Shown here piece by piece: positions 7,745-17,327 of a stretch of DNA of 32,000 bases. Source of the stretch: Halomicrobium mukohataei DSM 12286 (lineage in GTDB: Archaea > Halobacteriota > Halobacteria > Halobacteriales > Haloarculaceae). Numbering within the stretch: position 1 is the stretch's first letter; each line of letters starts with the position of its first letter. Made by a program: the position numbers and the translations under genes. Under the pieces are notes generated by a model. It saw only the letters and a list, made by a program, of their open reading frames with translations, ran no database searches and was not told the origin of the DNA. The stretch covers positions 2,520,001-2,552,000 of the forward strand of contig NC_013202.1 of assembly GCF_000023965.1 (NCBI RefSeq). Direction: 5' to 3'.

Positions 7745-8794
7745 ATGGCGACAGAGGAACTCGCACTCGTCGGGACGTACACGGATGGTGACAGCGACGG
7801 CATCTACACCGTCGCGGTCGACGGCGACGGCGCTGTCGAACAGCGGTCGGTCACGGCCGCGGGGGACGATCCCTCGTTCCTGGCGATCCATCCCAGCGGG
7901 GAGTACTGCTACGCGGTCAACGAGGTCGACGACGGCGGCGTCACCGCACTGGAGATCGACCGGGCGACCGGCGAGCTCACGCGACTGAATCAGATCAGGA
8001 CCGGCGGCGGTGCCGACCCGTGTCACTGCACGGTCGACGCCACGGGCCAGTACCTACTCGTCGCCCACTACACGGGGGGATCGGTCGCGATGTGTCCGAT
8101 CGCCGAGGACGGCCAGATCGGTGCGCCCTCGGATCTCGTCGAACACACGGGCTCGGGTCCCAACGAGGAGCGACAGGAGGCCGCCCACCCGCACTCGATC
8201 CAGCCCGGCCCGGACAACGAGTACGCGTACGTGCCGGACCTGGGCGACGACCGGATCGTCGGCTACGAACTCGACCTCGACCACGGAAAGCTCGTGGCGA
8301 GCGACGCGGCGACGGTCGAGCTGGCGGCCGGGTCGGGCCCTCGTCACATGGCGTTCGACCACGACGGCGAGTACGCGTACCTCATCAACGAACTCGACTC
8401 GACGGTGACGGTACTGGAGCGCGACGCGGACACGGGCAGTCTGACCGTGGTCGACACCGCGCCGACGGTGGCCGACGACTACGACGGCGAGAACATCACC
8501 GCAGACATCCACGTCCACCCCTCGGGCGAGTGGGTCTTCGGCTCGAACCGCGGTCACGACAGCATCGCCACGTTCGCCGTCGACGACGGGACCGTCGAGT
8601 TCCAGGGCACCGTGTCGACCCGGGGCGAGTGGCCGCGGAACTTCGCGCTGACTCCCGACGGCGAGACGCTCCTGGCCGAGAACATGGACACGAACGACGT
8701 CGTCGCGTTCGACGTAGACGCCGCGACGGGCGAACTGTCCGCGACCGGTGCGGTCACCGAACTGCCCAGTCCGGTCTGCCTGCAGTTCCTCTAG
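7745..8794 (+). CDS. Lactonase, 7-bladed beta-propeller family (6-phosphogluconolactonase-like)
   Basis: The 349-aa ORF has repeated propeller-blade patterns: GIYTVAVD, PSFLAIHPSGEYCYAVNE, GQYLLVAHYTGGSV, AHPHSI and PRHMAFDHDGEYAYLINELDSTV. Confidence 0.7.
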   Translation: MATEELALVGTYTDGDSDGIYTVAVDGDGAVEQRSVTAAGDDPSFLAIHPSGEYCYAVNEVDDGGVTALEIDRATGELTRLNQIRTGGGADPCHCTVDATGQYLLVAHYTGGSVAMCPIAEDGQIGAPSDLVEHTGSGPNEERQEAAHPHSIQPGPDNEYAYVPDLGDDRIVGYELDLDHGKLVASDAATVELAAGSGPRHMAFDHDGEYAYLINELDSTVTVLERDADTGSLTVVDTAPTVADDYDGENITADIHVHPSGEWVFGSNRGHDSIATFAVDDGTVEFQGTVSTRGEWPRNFALTPDGETLLAENMDTNDVVAFDVDAATGELSATGAVTELPSPVCLQFL

Positions 8795-9534
8795 GGACGA
8801 ACGACCGTCGCGGTCCCGTCTCTGTCGACGACTTCGAACCCGAACTCGTCGAGCGCCGCCGTGGTCCGTGTTGGGACCAGTCGATCGGCCCGGCTGCGAG
8901 CACGCAGGAGTGACACGACCGTCGAGAGGTCCGCGTCCCGTTCGACGACCGGGATCGTCTGGAGAAAGTCGACGGCGAGTCCCGCGTCCGTCGCCCGCTG
9001 GACGAGCGTCTCGACGGTCGGCGTCTGGAAGGCGTCCTCGAAGTCGATCGGTTCGGCGAACCCGGCGTAGCTGACCCGACCGGCCGTCGACGGACCGAGC
9101 ACGACGCCGTTGCTCCGGAGCTTCATCGCCGCGGTGTCGATGTGCTGGCGACCGAGCAGGGCGGCCGTCGGCCTCACCACCGCGGCCGTCCGGACGCCTT
9201 CCCGTTCCAGCAGGTGCGTGATCGTGTTGCCGGCACGGGCCGACTCGGTCGAGCCGACCTGCACCTCGAACCGGACCTCGTCGGTGTCGACGACGCCGTC
9301 GAGCGCCGAGCGAACCTCGCGTTCCGACGTTCCGTCCTCGCTGGAGACCTGTTCGTCGGCACGGTAGTTCACGAGCAACTCCGCCCCGCTCCCGTCGATT
9401 GCTTCACAGACGTCGGCGAACATCCCGGCGTACAGCTCCGAAGCTTCGTCCGGCGTCAGCCGATCGTGCTCGACGAGATCCGTGAGCACGGCACCGGATT
9501 CGGGCGGCTCGGCCATGACTGCGACAGTGGTCAT
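8791..9534 (-). CDS. DUF2064-like (nucleotidyl/glycosyl-transferase fold) protein
   Basis: The ATG at 9534 gives MTTVAVMAEPPESGAVLTDLVEHDRLTPDEASELYAGMFADVCEAI. This matches the DUF2064 N-terminal pattern (AK.P..G.VKTRL...A..LY.AFL.D). The upstream part of the long ORF is arginine-rich shadow sequence. Confidence 0.55.
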   Translation of the reverse strand: MTTVAVMAEPPESGAVLTDLVEHDRLTPDEASELYAGMFADVCEAIDGSGAELLVNYRADEQVSSEDGTSEREVRSALDGVVDTDEVRFEVQVGSTESARAGNTITHLLEREGVRTAAVVRPTAALLGRQHIDTAAMKLRSNGVVLGPSTAGRVSYAGFAEPIDFEDAFQTPTVETLVQRATDAGLAVDFLQTIPVVERDADLSTVVSLLRARSRADRLVPTRTTAALDEFGFEVVDRDGTATVVRP

Positions 9535-9618
9535 GCTCCCCTCTCCGGCGAGGCGACCCTTTTCACTTTCCACTGGTCGGGCGCGGAGGTTATATCTCCC
9601 GGGGTGATAGCACACACC

Positions 9619-10053
9619 ATGCTCGTCGAGGAGCTCATGTCGACGGCCGTCGTGACCGTCGACCTCGACGCGACGCTGGCCGAGGCCGTCCAGCGCCAGC
9701 TCGATGCCGGCGTCGGGTCGGTCGTCGTCCTCGACGACGGGGCTCCCTGTGGGATCGTCACGGAGCACGACGCACTGGCGGCCACACTGCGGACCGGACG
9801 GCCGCTGGACGACATTCCGGTCGCGAAGCTCGCACACGGCTCGGTCGTGACGACCACGCCCGAGACGGCGGTCCGAAGCGTCGCTCGACAGATGTCCGAC
9901 GAGGGCGTCAAGAAAGTCCCGGTACTCGACGACCTCGATCTGGTCGGGATCCTGACGCTGACCGACATCGTCTGGCACCTCTCGGACATCGAGGGGGAGC
10001 GATCCGAGATCGAGGCCACGCGAGAGCGCTGGGAGTCGGCCGCGCGGTTCTGA
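9619..10053 (+). CDS. CBS domain-pair protein
   Basis: The 144-aa ORF starts at the ATG at 9619 (MLVEELMSTAVVTVD...). It has two CBS repeats (CGIVTEHDALAA and VGILTLTDIVWHL). Confidence 0.75.
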   Translation: MLVEELMSTAVVTVDLDATLAEAVQRQLDAGVGSVVVLDDGAPCGIVTEHDALAATLRTGRPLDDIPVAKLAHGSVVTTTPETAVRSVARQMSDEGVKKVPVLDDLDLVGILTLTDIVWHLSDIEGERSEIEATRERWESAARF

Positions 10054-10060
10054 CCGGGCG

Positions 10061-10687
10061 CTACCGACTTCGGCGTCCCTTCGTCTGGCGGTAGTCCCGG
10101 CCCAGCGTCTCGCCGAGGTGTTCGAGGAACGCGTCGCGTTCCGCGTCGGTCTGTTCCCACGGTTCGATCATCGGGAGGAGTTCGAAGCCACGTCCCCGGA
10201 TCGTCGTCGCGTGGCGCTCTTCGACGGCGAGTTCGTCCTCGCTCAGGGTGGTGTACTCGAAGGCCAGCGCGTCCAGCGCGGCCTGTCCGACCGGCAACAG
10301 CAGCTCGGGGTTGATCATCCGGACTTCGCTGTTGAGGTAGGGCTCGCAGTTCCGGACTTCCTCGTCGGTCGCACCGCGTTCGGGGTGGTGACAGCGGCTG
10401 ACGTAGGTGAGATAGACGTTGTCGAACTGGGGGCGATCGGCGTCGGGATCGTCAACCAGTCCGACCCGTTCGAGGATGTCCAGCAGCTCTCGCTCTCGCT
10501 CGCCGACGAACGGGAGGCCGACCGCGTCGGCCGTCTCGCTGGGCGACTCGCCGAGCACGAGCAGCTCCGCGCCGACGTCGCCGTAGCCGTGGACGACGTT
10601 TTGCCGCGTCTCGCAGAGTTCGGGGCAGTTCTGGCACGTCTCGTCCATCCCGTACGGATTGGACAGAGATTCCTGGTCGGCGTCCAT
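10061..10687 (-). CDS. Uracil-DNA glycosylase, family 4
   Basis: It has an Fe-S/active-site region (CQNCPELCETRQNVVHGYGD, LLVLGESPS, GLPFVG) and later CHHPERGATDEEVRNCEPYL. The ATG at 10687 lies 1 nt after the aroC stop codon. Confidence 0.75.
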   Translation of the reverse strand: MDADQESLSNPYGMDETCQNCPELCETRQNVVHGYGDVGAELLVLGESPSETADAVGLPFVGERERELLDILERVGLVDDPDADRPQFDNVYLTYVSRCHHPERGATDEEVRNCEPYLNSEVRMINPELLLPVGQAALDALAFEYTTLSEDELAVEERHATTIRGRGFELLPMIEPWEQTDAERDAFLEHLGETLGRDYRQTKGRRSR

Positions 10688-10688
10688 G

Positions 10689-11936
10689 TCAGTCCTCGTC
10701 GACGGTCGTCGCGTGCGTGTCGGCGTCTTCGGGATCGTTCCGCGGGCTCGACGGGTGGTAGTCGGTGTCGTACTCGCCGGGCCGGTCGTCGAGCCGGTCC
10801 GGGTTGATCCGGCCACCGAGCAGCATGAAGTCCAGCACCGTACAGTACAGCATCGCTTCGACGACGGGGACCGCCCGCGGCGGGAGGACGGGGTCGTGTC
10901 GCCCCGTCACCGTTATCTCCTTTCTCTCGCCGGTCTCCCAGTCGACGGTCTCCTGGGTCTTCGGGAACGAGACCGGCGCGTGCCAGGTGACCTCGCCGTA
11001 GATCGGGTCGCCGGTCGTGATCCCGCCCTGGATGCCGCCGTGGTCGTTGCCGACTGGCTTCGGGTCGCCTCTCGCTCGCGGCTCGTCGCCGCTCGCGTTT
11101 TCCGAGGCTGTCGCCTCGCTCTCGCCGAACTCCCAGTCTTCGGTGTAGTCGGTCCCGGTGGCCGTCCGAGCATCGCGCCCGATCCCCAGCTCGAAGTCCG
11201 TGACTGCGGGGATGGAGTACATCGCCTGCCCGAGGCGTGCGGGTATCGAATCGAACCGCGGCGCACCGAGGCCCCGCGGAACGCCGCGACACTCGAAGTA
11301 GATCGCGCCGCCGATCGAGTCGCCCTCCTTCTGGTACTCGTCCGCGAGGTCGCGCATCTCCTCGGCGGCGTCGGGATCGCCACAGCGGACTTCGTTGTCC
11401 TCGCTGTGTTCGAGCATCTCCTCCCAGGTCACGTCGTCGGCAACCACGTCGCCGATCTGGCAGACGTGAGCCTTGATCTGCACGTCGTAGTCAGACTGTG
11501 CGAGGACCTGCTTGGCGACGCCGCCGGCAGCGACCCAGTTGACCGTCTCGCGGGCCGACGAGCGGCCGCCACCGCCCCAGTTGCGCGTGCCGAACTTCGC
11601 CGAGTAGGTGTAGTCGCCGTGAGAGGGCCGCGGTGCCGTGATGAAGGGCTCGTACTTCCCCGATCGGGCGTCTTTGTTCTGGATGACCATGCCGATCGGC
11701 GTTCCCGTCGTGTAGCCGTCCTGCAGTCCGGACTTGATCGACACCTTGTCGGGCTCGCCCCGCGAGGTCGTGATCATCGACTGACCGGGCTTGCGCCGGT
11801 CGAGATCTTCCTGAATCGCTTCCTCGGACAGTTCGACGCCCGCCGGCACACCTGAAACCGTACAACCCATCGCATCCCCGTGGCTCTCGCCGAAGGTGGT
11901 CAGCCGAAAGAGCCGACCGAACTCGTTCCCGTTCAT
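10689..11936 (-). CDS. aroC: Chorismate synthase
   Basis: MNGNEFGRLFRLTTFGESHGDAMGCTVSGVPAG, RRKPGQS, GGGRSSARET and GRHDPVLPPRAVPVVEAM are canonical AroC motifs. At 415 aa it carries an acidic internal insertion and a C-terminal tail of about 40 aa. Confidence 0.95.
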   Translation of the reverse strand: MNGNEFGRLFRLTTFGESHGDAMGCTVSGVPAGVELSEEAIQEDLDRRKPGQSMITTSRGEPDKVSIKSGLQDGYTTGTPIGMVIQNKDARSGKYEPFITAPRPSHGDYTYSAKFGTRNWGGGGRSSARETVNWVAAGGVAKQVLAQSDYDVQIKAHVCQIGDVVADDVTWEEMLEHSEDNEVRCGDPDAAEEMRDLADEYQKEGDSIGGAIYFECRGVPRGLGAPRFDSIPARLGQAMYSIPAVTDFELGIGRDARTATGTDYTEDWEFGESEATASENASGDEPRARGDPKPVGNDHGGIQGGITTGDPIYGEVTWHAPVSFPKTQETVDWETGERKEITVTGRHDPVLPPRAVPVVEAMLYCTVLDFMLLGGRINPDRLDDRPGEYDTDYHPSSPRNDPEDADTHATTVDED

Positions 11937-12134
11937 TACGTATCCGGTTGGGTTCGGGGCATTTCAACCTTACAGTCGGCGTACGAAGGTCGAAGTGCGA
12001 ACGCGGAACCACCGGTGGCTATGCGGTGACTGTTCGTCGCGCGTCGTCTCGCGGGAGCACGGCACAGCGGCGCGCGAGCGGTCCGTGCCGTCTGTTCGCC
12101 ATTCGACGAAGACGCGTCACCGACACCGGCAGTG

Positions 12135-13427
12135 TCAGTGCTGGACGGCCGCACCGATGTCGCCGAGTACGTCGAAAAAGTCCGGGAACGACACGTCGAC
12201 GTGTTCGATGCCGTCGACGGTCGTCGTCCCGTCGGCGACGAGACCGGCGATCGACAGCGCCATGATGATCCGGTGGTCGGCGCGCCCGTCGACCGTCGCC
12301 CCCTGGAGGTCGCTCTCGCCGCCGTGGATCGTCAGCGTCTCCTGGCGCTCCTCGACGCTCGCGCCCATCTTCGTCAGCGCCTCGGCCATCGCGCTGACGC
12401 GGTCGGTCTCCTTGTAGCGGACGTGCTCGCAGTCGACGATCCGCGTGGTCCCGTCGGCCGCCGCGCCCAGCGTCGCGATGGTGGGCAGGAGATCCGGCGT
12501 GTCGGCGACGCTGACCTCGACGCCGGACAGCGGTGCGCTCGTGACCTCGATCTCGCCGGCCTCGCGGTCCCAGTCGACGCCGGCACCCATCTCGCGGACG
12601 ATGTCGACGATCGCCGTGTCGCCCTGCGCGCTCGGATACGCGGACGTGATCGTCAGTCCGTCCTCGCTGGCGAGTGCGCCCGCGGCCAGCAAGTAGGAGA
12701 TCGAAGAGAAGTCACCGGGGACGTGGTACTCGCCGTCGGTCGGCGCGTAGGACTGGCCGCCGGGGACCGCGAAGCCGTCCGGCGTCGCCTCGGCCTCGAT
12801 CCCGAAGTCGGCAAGCACCTCCAGCGTGATGTCGACGTACGGCGCGCTCTTGAGTTCCGTTTCGAGGTGTACGTCGATTCCCCCGTCGGTCACGGCACCG
12901 GCCATCAGGAGCGCGGTGATGTACTGGGAGGACACGTCGCCGGGGATCGACACCTCGCCGCCGTCGACGGCACCGCCGACGACCAGGGGTGCCTGGCCGT
13001 TCCCACGAGTGCTCTCGGCGCGTCCGTCGAGGTCCGTCGTGATGGCGTCCAGCAGCGGTCCCTGCGGCCGGGAGCGCAGCGACTCGTCACCGGTGAGGAC
13101 GGTCAGCCCGTCGCCGAGGGCGGCCGTGGCGGTGACGAGCCGCGTCGTCGTGCCGCTGTTCGCACAGTCGATCACGTCGTCGGGAGTCTCTGGCCGCCCG
13201 TCGAAGCCGGTCACGTCGAGGACCGTCTCCTCGTCCCGTAGCGCGACGCCGCCGCCGAAGGCGGTGACCGCTCTCATCGTCGCCCTCGTGTCGGCACTGA
13301 CGAGCGGGTCGTGTACGACCGCGCCGTCGGCGTATCCCGCTGCGAGAATTGCCCGGTGCGTGTAACTCTTCGACGGCGGCGCTCGTGCCGTGCCACCGAC
13401 CGTCGACGGACTGATTTCGGCGTTCAC
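12135..13427 (-). CDS. aroA: 3-phosphoshikimate 1-carboxyvinyltransferase (EPSP synthase)
   Basis: [22 protein letters not shown]-like [10 protein letters not shown] and RVKETDR-like [11 protein letters not shown] motifs are present. I preferred the GTG at 13427 ([21 protein letters not shown]); the longest ORF starts with a TTG at 13454. Confidence 0.9.
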   Translation of the reverse strand: MNAEISPSTVGGTARAPPSKSYTHRAILAAGYADGAVVHDPLVSADTRATMRAVTAFGGGVALRDEETVLDVTGFDGRPETPDDVIDCANSGTTTRLVTATAALGDGLTVLTGDESLRSRPQGPLLDAITTDLDGRAESTRGNGQAPLVVGGAVDGGEVSIPGDVSSQYITALLMAGAVTDGGIDVHLETELKSAPYVDITLEVLADFGIEAEATPDGFAVPGGQSYAPTDGEYHVPGDFSSISYLLAAGALASEDGLTITSAYPSAQGDTAIVDIVREMGAGVDWDREAGEIEVTSAPLSGVEVSVADTPDLLPTIATLGAAADGTTRIVDCEHVRYKETDRVSAMAEALTKMGASVEERQETLTIHGGESDLQGATVDGRADHRIIMALSIAGLVADGTTTVDGIEHVDVSFPDFFDVLGDIGAAVQH

Positions 13428-13511
13428 GTCCGGCCGGTCGGCTGGCCGGACCAAGAGCGTGTCTGTTTGAGCCCCGAGAGACTAATGAAGGTCGGGAACG
13501 CACGACGGAAC

Positions 13512-14687
13512 ATGGATCCAGACTTCAGCGAACTGGACGCCGCCCTGGACGATCGTGATCTCGACGGCTACCTGATCGACGCCGACTCGACAGAGGCCGA
13601 TCAGTACTACCTCTCGGGGTTCGACGCGCCCGATCCCTTCCTGACGCTGTACGACGGGGAGGTCCACCTGCTCTTCTCCCGGAGCCTGGAGTACGGACGG
13701 GCGAACAAAGAGGCCCGCGCCGACACCGTCGAGCGCTACGTCGACTTCGGCTACCAGAGCAAAGTCGAGGAGTACGGCCCACGAGAAGCCGTCAGCCGCG
13801 TGATCGCTGCGTTCCTCGACTCGTACGACGTAGAGTCGATCGCCGCACCGCCGCGGTTCCCTCTCTCGACGGCCGACAGACTGCGAGACCGCGGCGTGAC
13901 CGTCGAGTCGGACGACGAGAGCGTGATCACGGAGCTCCGAGCGACCAAGACCGACGAGGAGATCGAACACATCGAGACCGCCCAGCGGGCCAACGAGGCG
14001 GCGATGGCCGCGGCCGAGGAACTGCTCCGGGAGAGTCGCACTGCGGCCAAAGGACAGTTGCTCTACGACGGCGAGCGGCTCACGAGCGAGCGGATCAAAG
14101 AGGAGATCGAGGTGACGCTACTGGGCCACGGCTGTGCGCTCGACGAGACGATCGTCGCCTGTGGGAGCGACGCCGCAGATCCCCACGACAGGGGAAGCGG
14201 GCCGCTGCGTGCCGGCGAGCCGATCATCGTCGACATCTTCCCGCAGCACAAGGCGTCGAAGTACCACGCCGACATGACCCGGACGTTCGTCGTCGGCGAA
14301 CCCGACGAGACGGTGGCCGAGTGGTACGAACTCACCGCCCGAGCACACGCCGCCGCCCTCGACGCGATCGAGCCCGGTGCCACCGGTGCCGAGGTACACG
14401 ACGCCGTCTGTGACGTGTACGAAGAGGCGGGCCAGCCGACGCTGCGCAGCGACGAGTCGACAGAGACAGGATTCATCCACAGCACCGGTCACGGCGTCGG
14501 GCTGGACGTTCACGAACTCCCGCGCGTCGCACCGAACGGCGGCGTCCTCGAACCCGGCCACGTCGTGACGGTCGAGCCGGGCCTGTACGATCCCGAGGTC
14601 GGTGGCGTCCGTATCGAGGACTTCGTCGTCGTCACCGAAGACGGCTACGAGAATCTCACGGAGTATCCCAAGGAACTGGTCGTCTGA
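13512..14687 (+). CDS. M24 family Xaa-Pro aminopeptidase/dipeptidase
   Basis: It has a creatinase-like N-domain and a pita-bread C-domain with metal ligands in context ([50 protein letters not shown]). I chose the ATG at 13512; an alternative ATG lies at 13485. Confidence 0.85.
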   Translation: MDPDFSELDAALDDRDLDGYLIDADSTEADQYYLSGFDAPDPFLTLYDGEVHLLFSRSLEYGRANKEARADTVERYVDFGYQSKVEEYGPREAVSRVIAAFLDSYDVESIAAPPRFPLSTADRLRDRGVTVESDDESVITELRATKTDEEIEHIETAQRANEAAMAAAEELLRESRTAAKGQLLYDGERLTSERIKEEIEVTLLGHGCALDETIVACGSDAADPHDRGSGPLRAGEPIIVDIFPQHKASKYHADMTRTFVVGEPDETVAEWYELTARAHAAALDAIEPGATGAEVHDAVCDVYEEAGQPTLRSDESTETGFIHSTGHGVGLDVHELPRVAPNGGVLEPGHVVTVEPGLYDPEVGGVRIEDFVVVTEDGYENLTEYPKELVV

Positions 14688-14789
14688 CACGGAGCGTCGA
14701 CGTGGCGTACCGGGGAGCGTCGCCACGGAGACACTCGTCGGGAAACCGCGACAACGGCCCGTCCGAGGGTGGCTCGTTCGGGCTCCCGG

Positions 14790-14813
14790 ATTAATCATTA
14801 ACTTTTATTAAGG
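14790..14813 (+). promoter_or_regulatory. AT-rich promoter-like element (TATA candidate CTTTTATTAAGG)
   Basis: ATTAATCATTAACTTTTATTAAGG is a sharp AT island in GC-rich DNA. It lies about 25-30 nt upstream of an ATG at 14838 and about 110 nt upstream of the 72-aa ORF. Confidence 0.45.
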
Positions 14814-14919
14814 ACCGGGGGAGAAGGTGAAGTACCGATGAGCGTATCACTCGCAGCCGCCGCCGACAGCGACACACTGAACCGCGCCACTCGAACGACA
14901 CCACTCTTCCAAACAGACG

Positions 14920-15138
14920 ATGGCAACCCGGATACAGACTGACACGACGACCCGAACCGACGAACAGCACGCGACGACCGACCCGGCAAGTGAAGGCAGT
15001 TACACGCGCCCGTCCGACCGTACGCCCGAGTCGACGGCGACCGAGTCGTGGACCGAGCGCTGTGGTGCGCCCAGAACCTTCGACCCGACGAACCACGCCG
15101 AGATGGGCCAGTTCGACACGACCGCCGACCAGCCCTGA
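14920..15138 (+). CDS. Small acidic Thr/Asp/Glu-rich hypothetical protein
   Basis: The 72-aa ORF has about 82% GC at third codon positions, counted by hand. The other ORFs in this interval are arginine-rich shadow frames. I recognise no motif. Confidence 0.4.
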   Translation: MATRIQTDTTTRTDEQHATTDPASEGSYTRPSDRTPESTATESWTERCGAPRTFDPTNHAEMGQFDTTADQP

Positions 15139-15270
15139 CGCCGCCGTCCGCGAGCGGTTCCTGGCCCGGCCCGGAGAACGTCGTCGACGGTACGGCCAAC
15201 GGTACGAACGGCCGACACCGGCGGATCCAGAGCCCGCAACGACTATCCGCCAGCGCGGCAAACCGGAGGT

Positions 15271-15480
15271 ATGTCCGATTACACCACGGTGTCGATCCCG
15301 AAAGACCTGGCCGACAGGGTCGAAGAGACGATCGAGGGGACGAGTTTCTCGTCGACGAGCGACCTCGTTCGCTTCATGCTCCGGAGCATCGTCATTCAGC
15401 ACCAACAGCAGGGCGAACTCACCGAGGCCGAGTTCCAGGACATCACCGAACAGTTGCAGGATCTGGGCTACATCGAGTAG
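15271..15480 (+). CDS. Ribbon-helix-helix (CopG family) DNA-binding protein
   Basis: The 69-aa ORF has the N-terminal RHH beta-strand pattern TTVSIPKDLADRVEE followed by two helices. A GGAGGT Shine-Dalgarno-like sequence sits directly upstream of the ATG. Confidence 0.8.
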   Translation: MSDYTTVSIPKDLADRVEETIEGTSFSSTSDLVRFMLRSIVIQHQQQGELTEAEFQDITEQLQDLGYIE

Positions 15481-15628
15481 CTATCTTGATTCAGCGAGAG
15501 AATCCCTCCGTTCACGGCGGGCGTGAATCGTGTAAGCTCGGTGCGACAGTCCACTCGGTTCTGTCCGACCGAATACCCATTGGCACAAGAGTTATTGAAA
15601 TTGGGTGTCTTATATTTGGTAAGGCCAA

Positions 15629-16021
15629 ATGGAGTCTCACCTGCAATCTGGGTCGCACACGGTCTACGCGCTCCAATATCACTTCGTGACCGTCACGAAG
15701 TACCGCGCCGACATCCTCACCGATGAGCGGCTGGAGCGCGTGGCTGAAGTCGCACACGAGATTGCAGAGGACTTCGAGGCCGACATCAAGAACGTGGACG
15801 GCGGTACTGACCACGTTCACATCCTGTTCACGACCAAGCCAACCACAGACCTCACGAAGTTCATCAACTCGCTCAAGGGCGTCACATCCCGCCGGATTCG
15901 GCAGGAGTACCCCGAGGTGAAACAAACGCTCGAAGATGCGTTCTGGCAACCGGGATATTTCCTCGCCACGACCGGTCAAGTGAGCATCGACGTGCTGATG
16001 GACTACGTGGAAAACCAGTAG
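15629..16021 (+). CDS. tnpA: IS200/IS605 family Y1 (HUH) transposase TnpA
   Basis: The 130-aa ORF has YHFVTVTKYR, the HUH motif DHVHILF and a C-terminal catalytic Tyr context (LMDYVENQ). Confidence 0.9.
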   Translation: MESHLQSGSHTVYALQYHFVTVTKYRADILTDERLERVAEVAHEIAEDFEADIKNVDGGTDHVHILFTTKPTTDLTKFINSLKGVTSRRIRQEYPEVKQTLEDAFWQPGYFLATTGQVSIDVLMDYVENQ

Positions 16022-16022
16022 T

Positions 16023-17279
16023 ATGACCGCGACAACCACGAAAACGCTGGAGGCCACGCTCGCCCCGCCGACAGCCCACAAAGAGCGTAAACTGTGCGAC
16101 CTGCTCGACACCTACCGGGCAGGACTCCACGAGGCGTTCGGGGCCGGGTGCGAGACGATGACCGCCACCAGCGACGTGGTAACGCCCTACGACCTGCCGT
16201 ATCAGGCGAAGGCGGCCCTGTGTAACTACGTTCCGCAACTGCACGGCACCTACGATGCACAGGAGCTGGACGACGACCACCCAATTCGACTCACCAACCA
16301 AGCCGCCGAGTTTGACTACTCATCGGAACGGGACTACGAGTTTACGTGGTGGGTGCCACAGCCCGGTCGCGGGACGAACTTCTGGATACCGCTTCGTATC
16401 AACCCCGCTCAAGAAGAACTGTGGCACGACCTCGTGGACGGTGAGGCGTCAGCGGGACAGCTCCGTCTGCAACGTCACCACACGTCGTGGACGCTTCACG
16501 TCACCGTCGAGTTCCCGGTCGAAGAACCAGACTACGAACCGACAGACGACGATGTAACACCAGTCGGCTTCGACATTGGCGAAGCGCACCTGCTCGCGGG
16601 CTGTGCCTGCGAGCAGGACACTCCGACCGACCCACTACTCATCAACGGTGGCCGCGCTCGTCACCTCCGCAAGGAGATGTACACGACCCTGAAGCGACTC
16701 CAAGAGCGCGAGGCCACCGCGTGGCGGATTGACGAACGGTTCGACCACTACCAGAACGCACTCACGGACATCATCGAGAAGGCGTCTCGACAGGCAAACG
16801 AGTACGCAAGCCGCTTCGAGAAGCCTGTGGTCGTTCTGGAAGACCTCTCGTACATCCGCGAAGAACTCGATTACGGCGAGTGGATGAATCGACGCCTCCA
16901 CGCATGGGCGTTTGCTCGCTTACAGGAGCGCATCGAGGACAAAGCACGAGAGGCCGGGCTTCCGGTCGAATACATCCGCCCGGAGTACACGAGCCAGACG
17001 TGCCACGAGTGCGGCCACGTCGGACACCGGAACGGCGACGAGTTCTGGTGTACGAACGACGAGTGTTGGGTCACGGAGTATCACGCAGACATTAACGCGG
17101 CGGTCAACATTGCTGGCCGCCACGACCCGTGGGGTGAGAGCCTGCCGCTGAAACCGGCAAGCGATGACATCTCACGGGATGGGAGCGCCTGTGACAGCGC
17201 CGCGATCCCCACCGAGCAGAGCCAACCACGGCGGATGACGCTCGGCGAGGTCGGGTCGGAACCCTCTGCCGGTAGTTAG
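16023..17279 (+). CDS. tnpB: RNA-guided endonuclease TnpB (IS1341/OrfB type)
   Basis: The 418-aa ORF has RuvC-I (VGFDIGEAHLL), RuvC-II (VVVLEDLSYI), a zinc finger (CHECGH...CTNDEC) and RuvC-III (HADINAAVNIA). All catalytic positions appear intact. Confidence 0.9.
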   Translation: MTATTTKTLEATLAPPTAHKERKLCDLLDTYRAGLHEAFGAGCETMTATSDVVTPYDLPYQAKAALCNYVPQLHGTYDAQELDDDHPIRLTNQAAEFDYSSERDYEFTWWVPQPGRGTNFWIPLRINPAQEELWHDLVDGEASAGQLRLQRHHTSWTLHVTVEFPVEEPDYEPTDDDVTPVGFDIGEAHLLAGCACEQDTPTDPLLINGGRARHLRKEMYTTLKRLQEREATAWRIDERFDHYQNALTDIIEKASRQANEYASRFEKPVVVLEDLSYIREELDYGEWMNRRLHAWAFARLQERIEDKAREAGLPVEYIRPEYTSQTCHECGHVGHRNGDEFWCTNDECWVTEYHADINAAVNIAGRHDPWGESLPLKPASDDISRDGSACDSAAIPTEQSQPRRMTLGEVGSEPSAGS

Positions 17280-17327
17280 CCGGCATTCCCATGCAGGGAA
17301 GCCGCGCCGTTCACGGCGCGGAGGATG
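17150..17327 (+). ncRNA. Predicted omega-RNA (reRNA) scaffold of TnpB; coordinates approximate
   Basis: This call follows the general TnpB architecture, in which the guide-RNA scaffold spans the tnpB 3' end and the right end. Local hairpins are visible (CCGG-tagttag-CCGG at about 17269, the GGCATTCCC/GGGAAGCC region, and CCGCGCCG-TTCA-CGGCGCGG at 17302..17321). No transcript evidence is available. Confidence 0.3.

Larger units (their letters stand above)
15491..17327 (+). mobile_element. IS200/IS605-family insertion sequence (tnpA + tnpB), apparently intact
   Basis: A Y1 transposase gene and a TnpB gene lie 1 nt apart. Both ends carry subterminal GC hairpins that share the 12-nt core CCGTTCACGGCG. 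The left-end hairpin is at 15504..15521 and the right-end hairpin at 17302..17321. TTGAT lies at 15486..15490, immediately 5' of the proposed left end. The boundaries are approximate, within a few nt. Confidence 0.85.

Noticed and set aside
7246-7803. ORFs of 185 aa (minus) and 83 aa (plus, 7425..7676) spanning the tRNA-Ser locus.
   Set aside because: They overlap a well-folded tRNA gene and its promoter region, and their composition is shadow-like.
14838-14942. The 34-codon ORF at the leaderless position behind the AT-rich promoter.
   Set aside because: I do not list it as a feature. GC3 is low (about 62%), it has no motif, and it overlaps the better-scoring 72-aa ORF. It is mentioned only in the findings.
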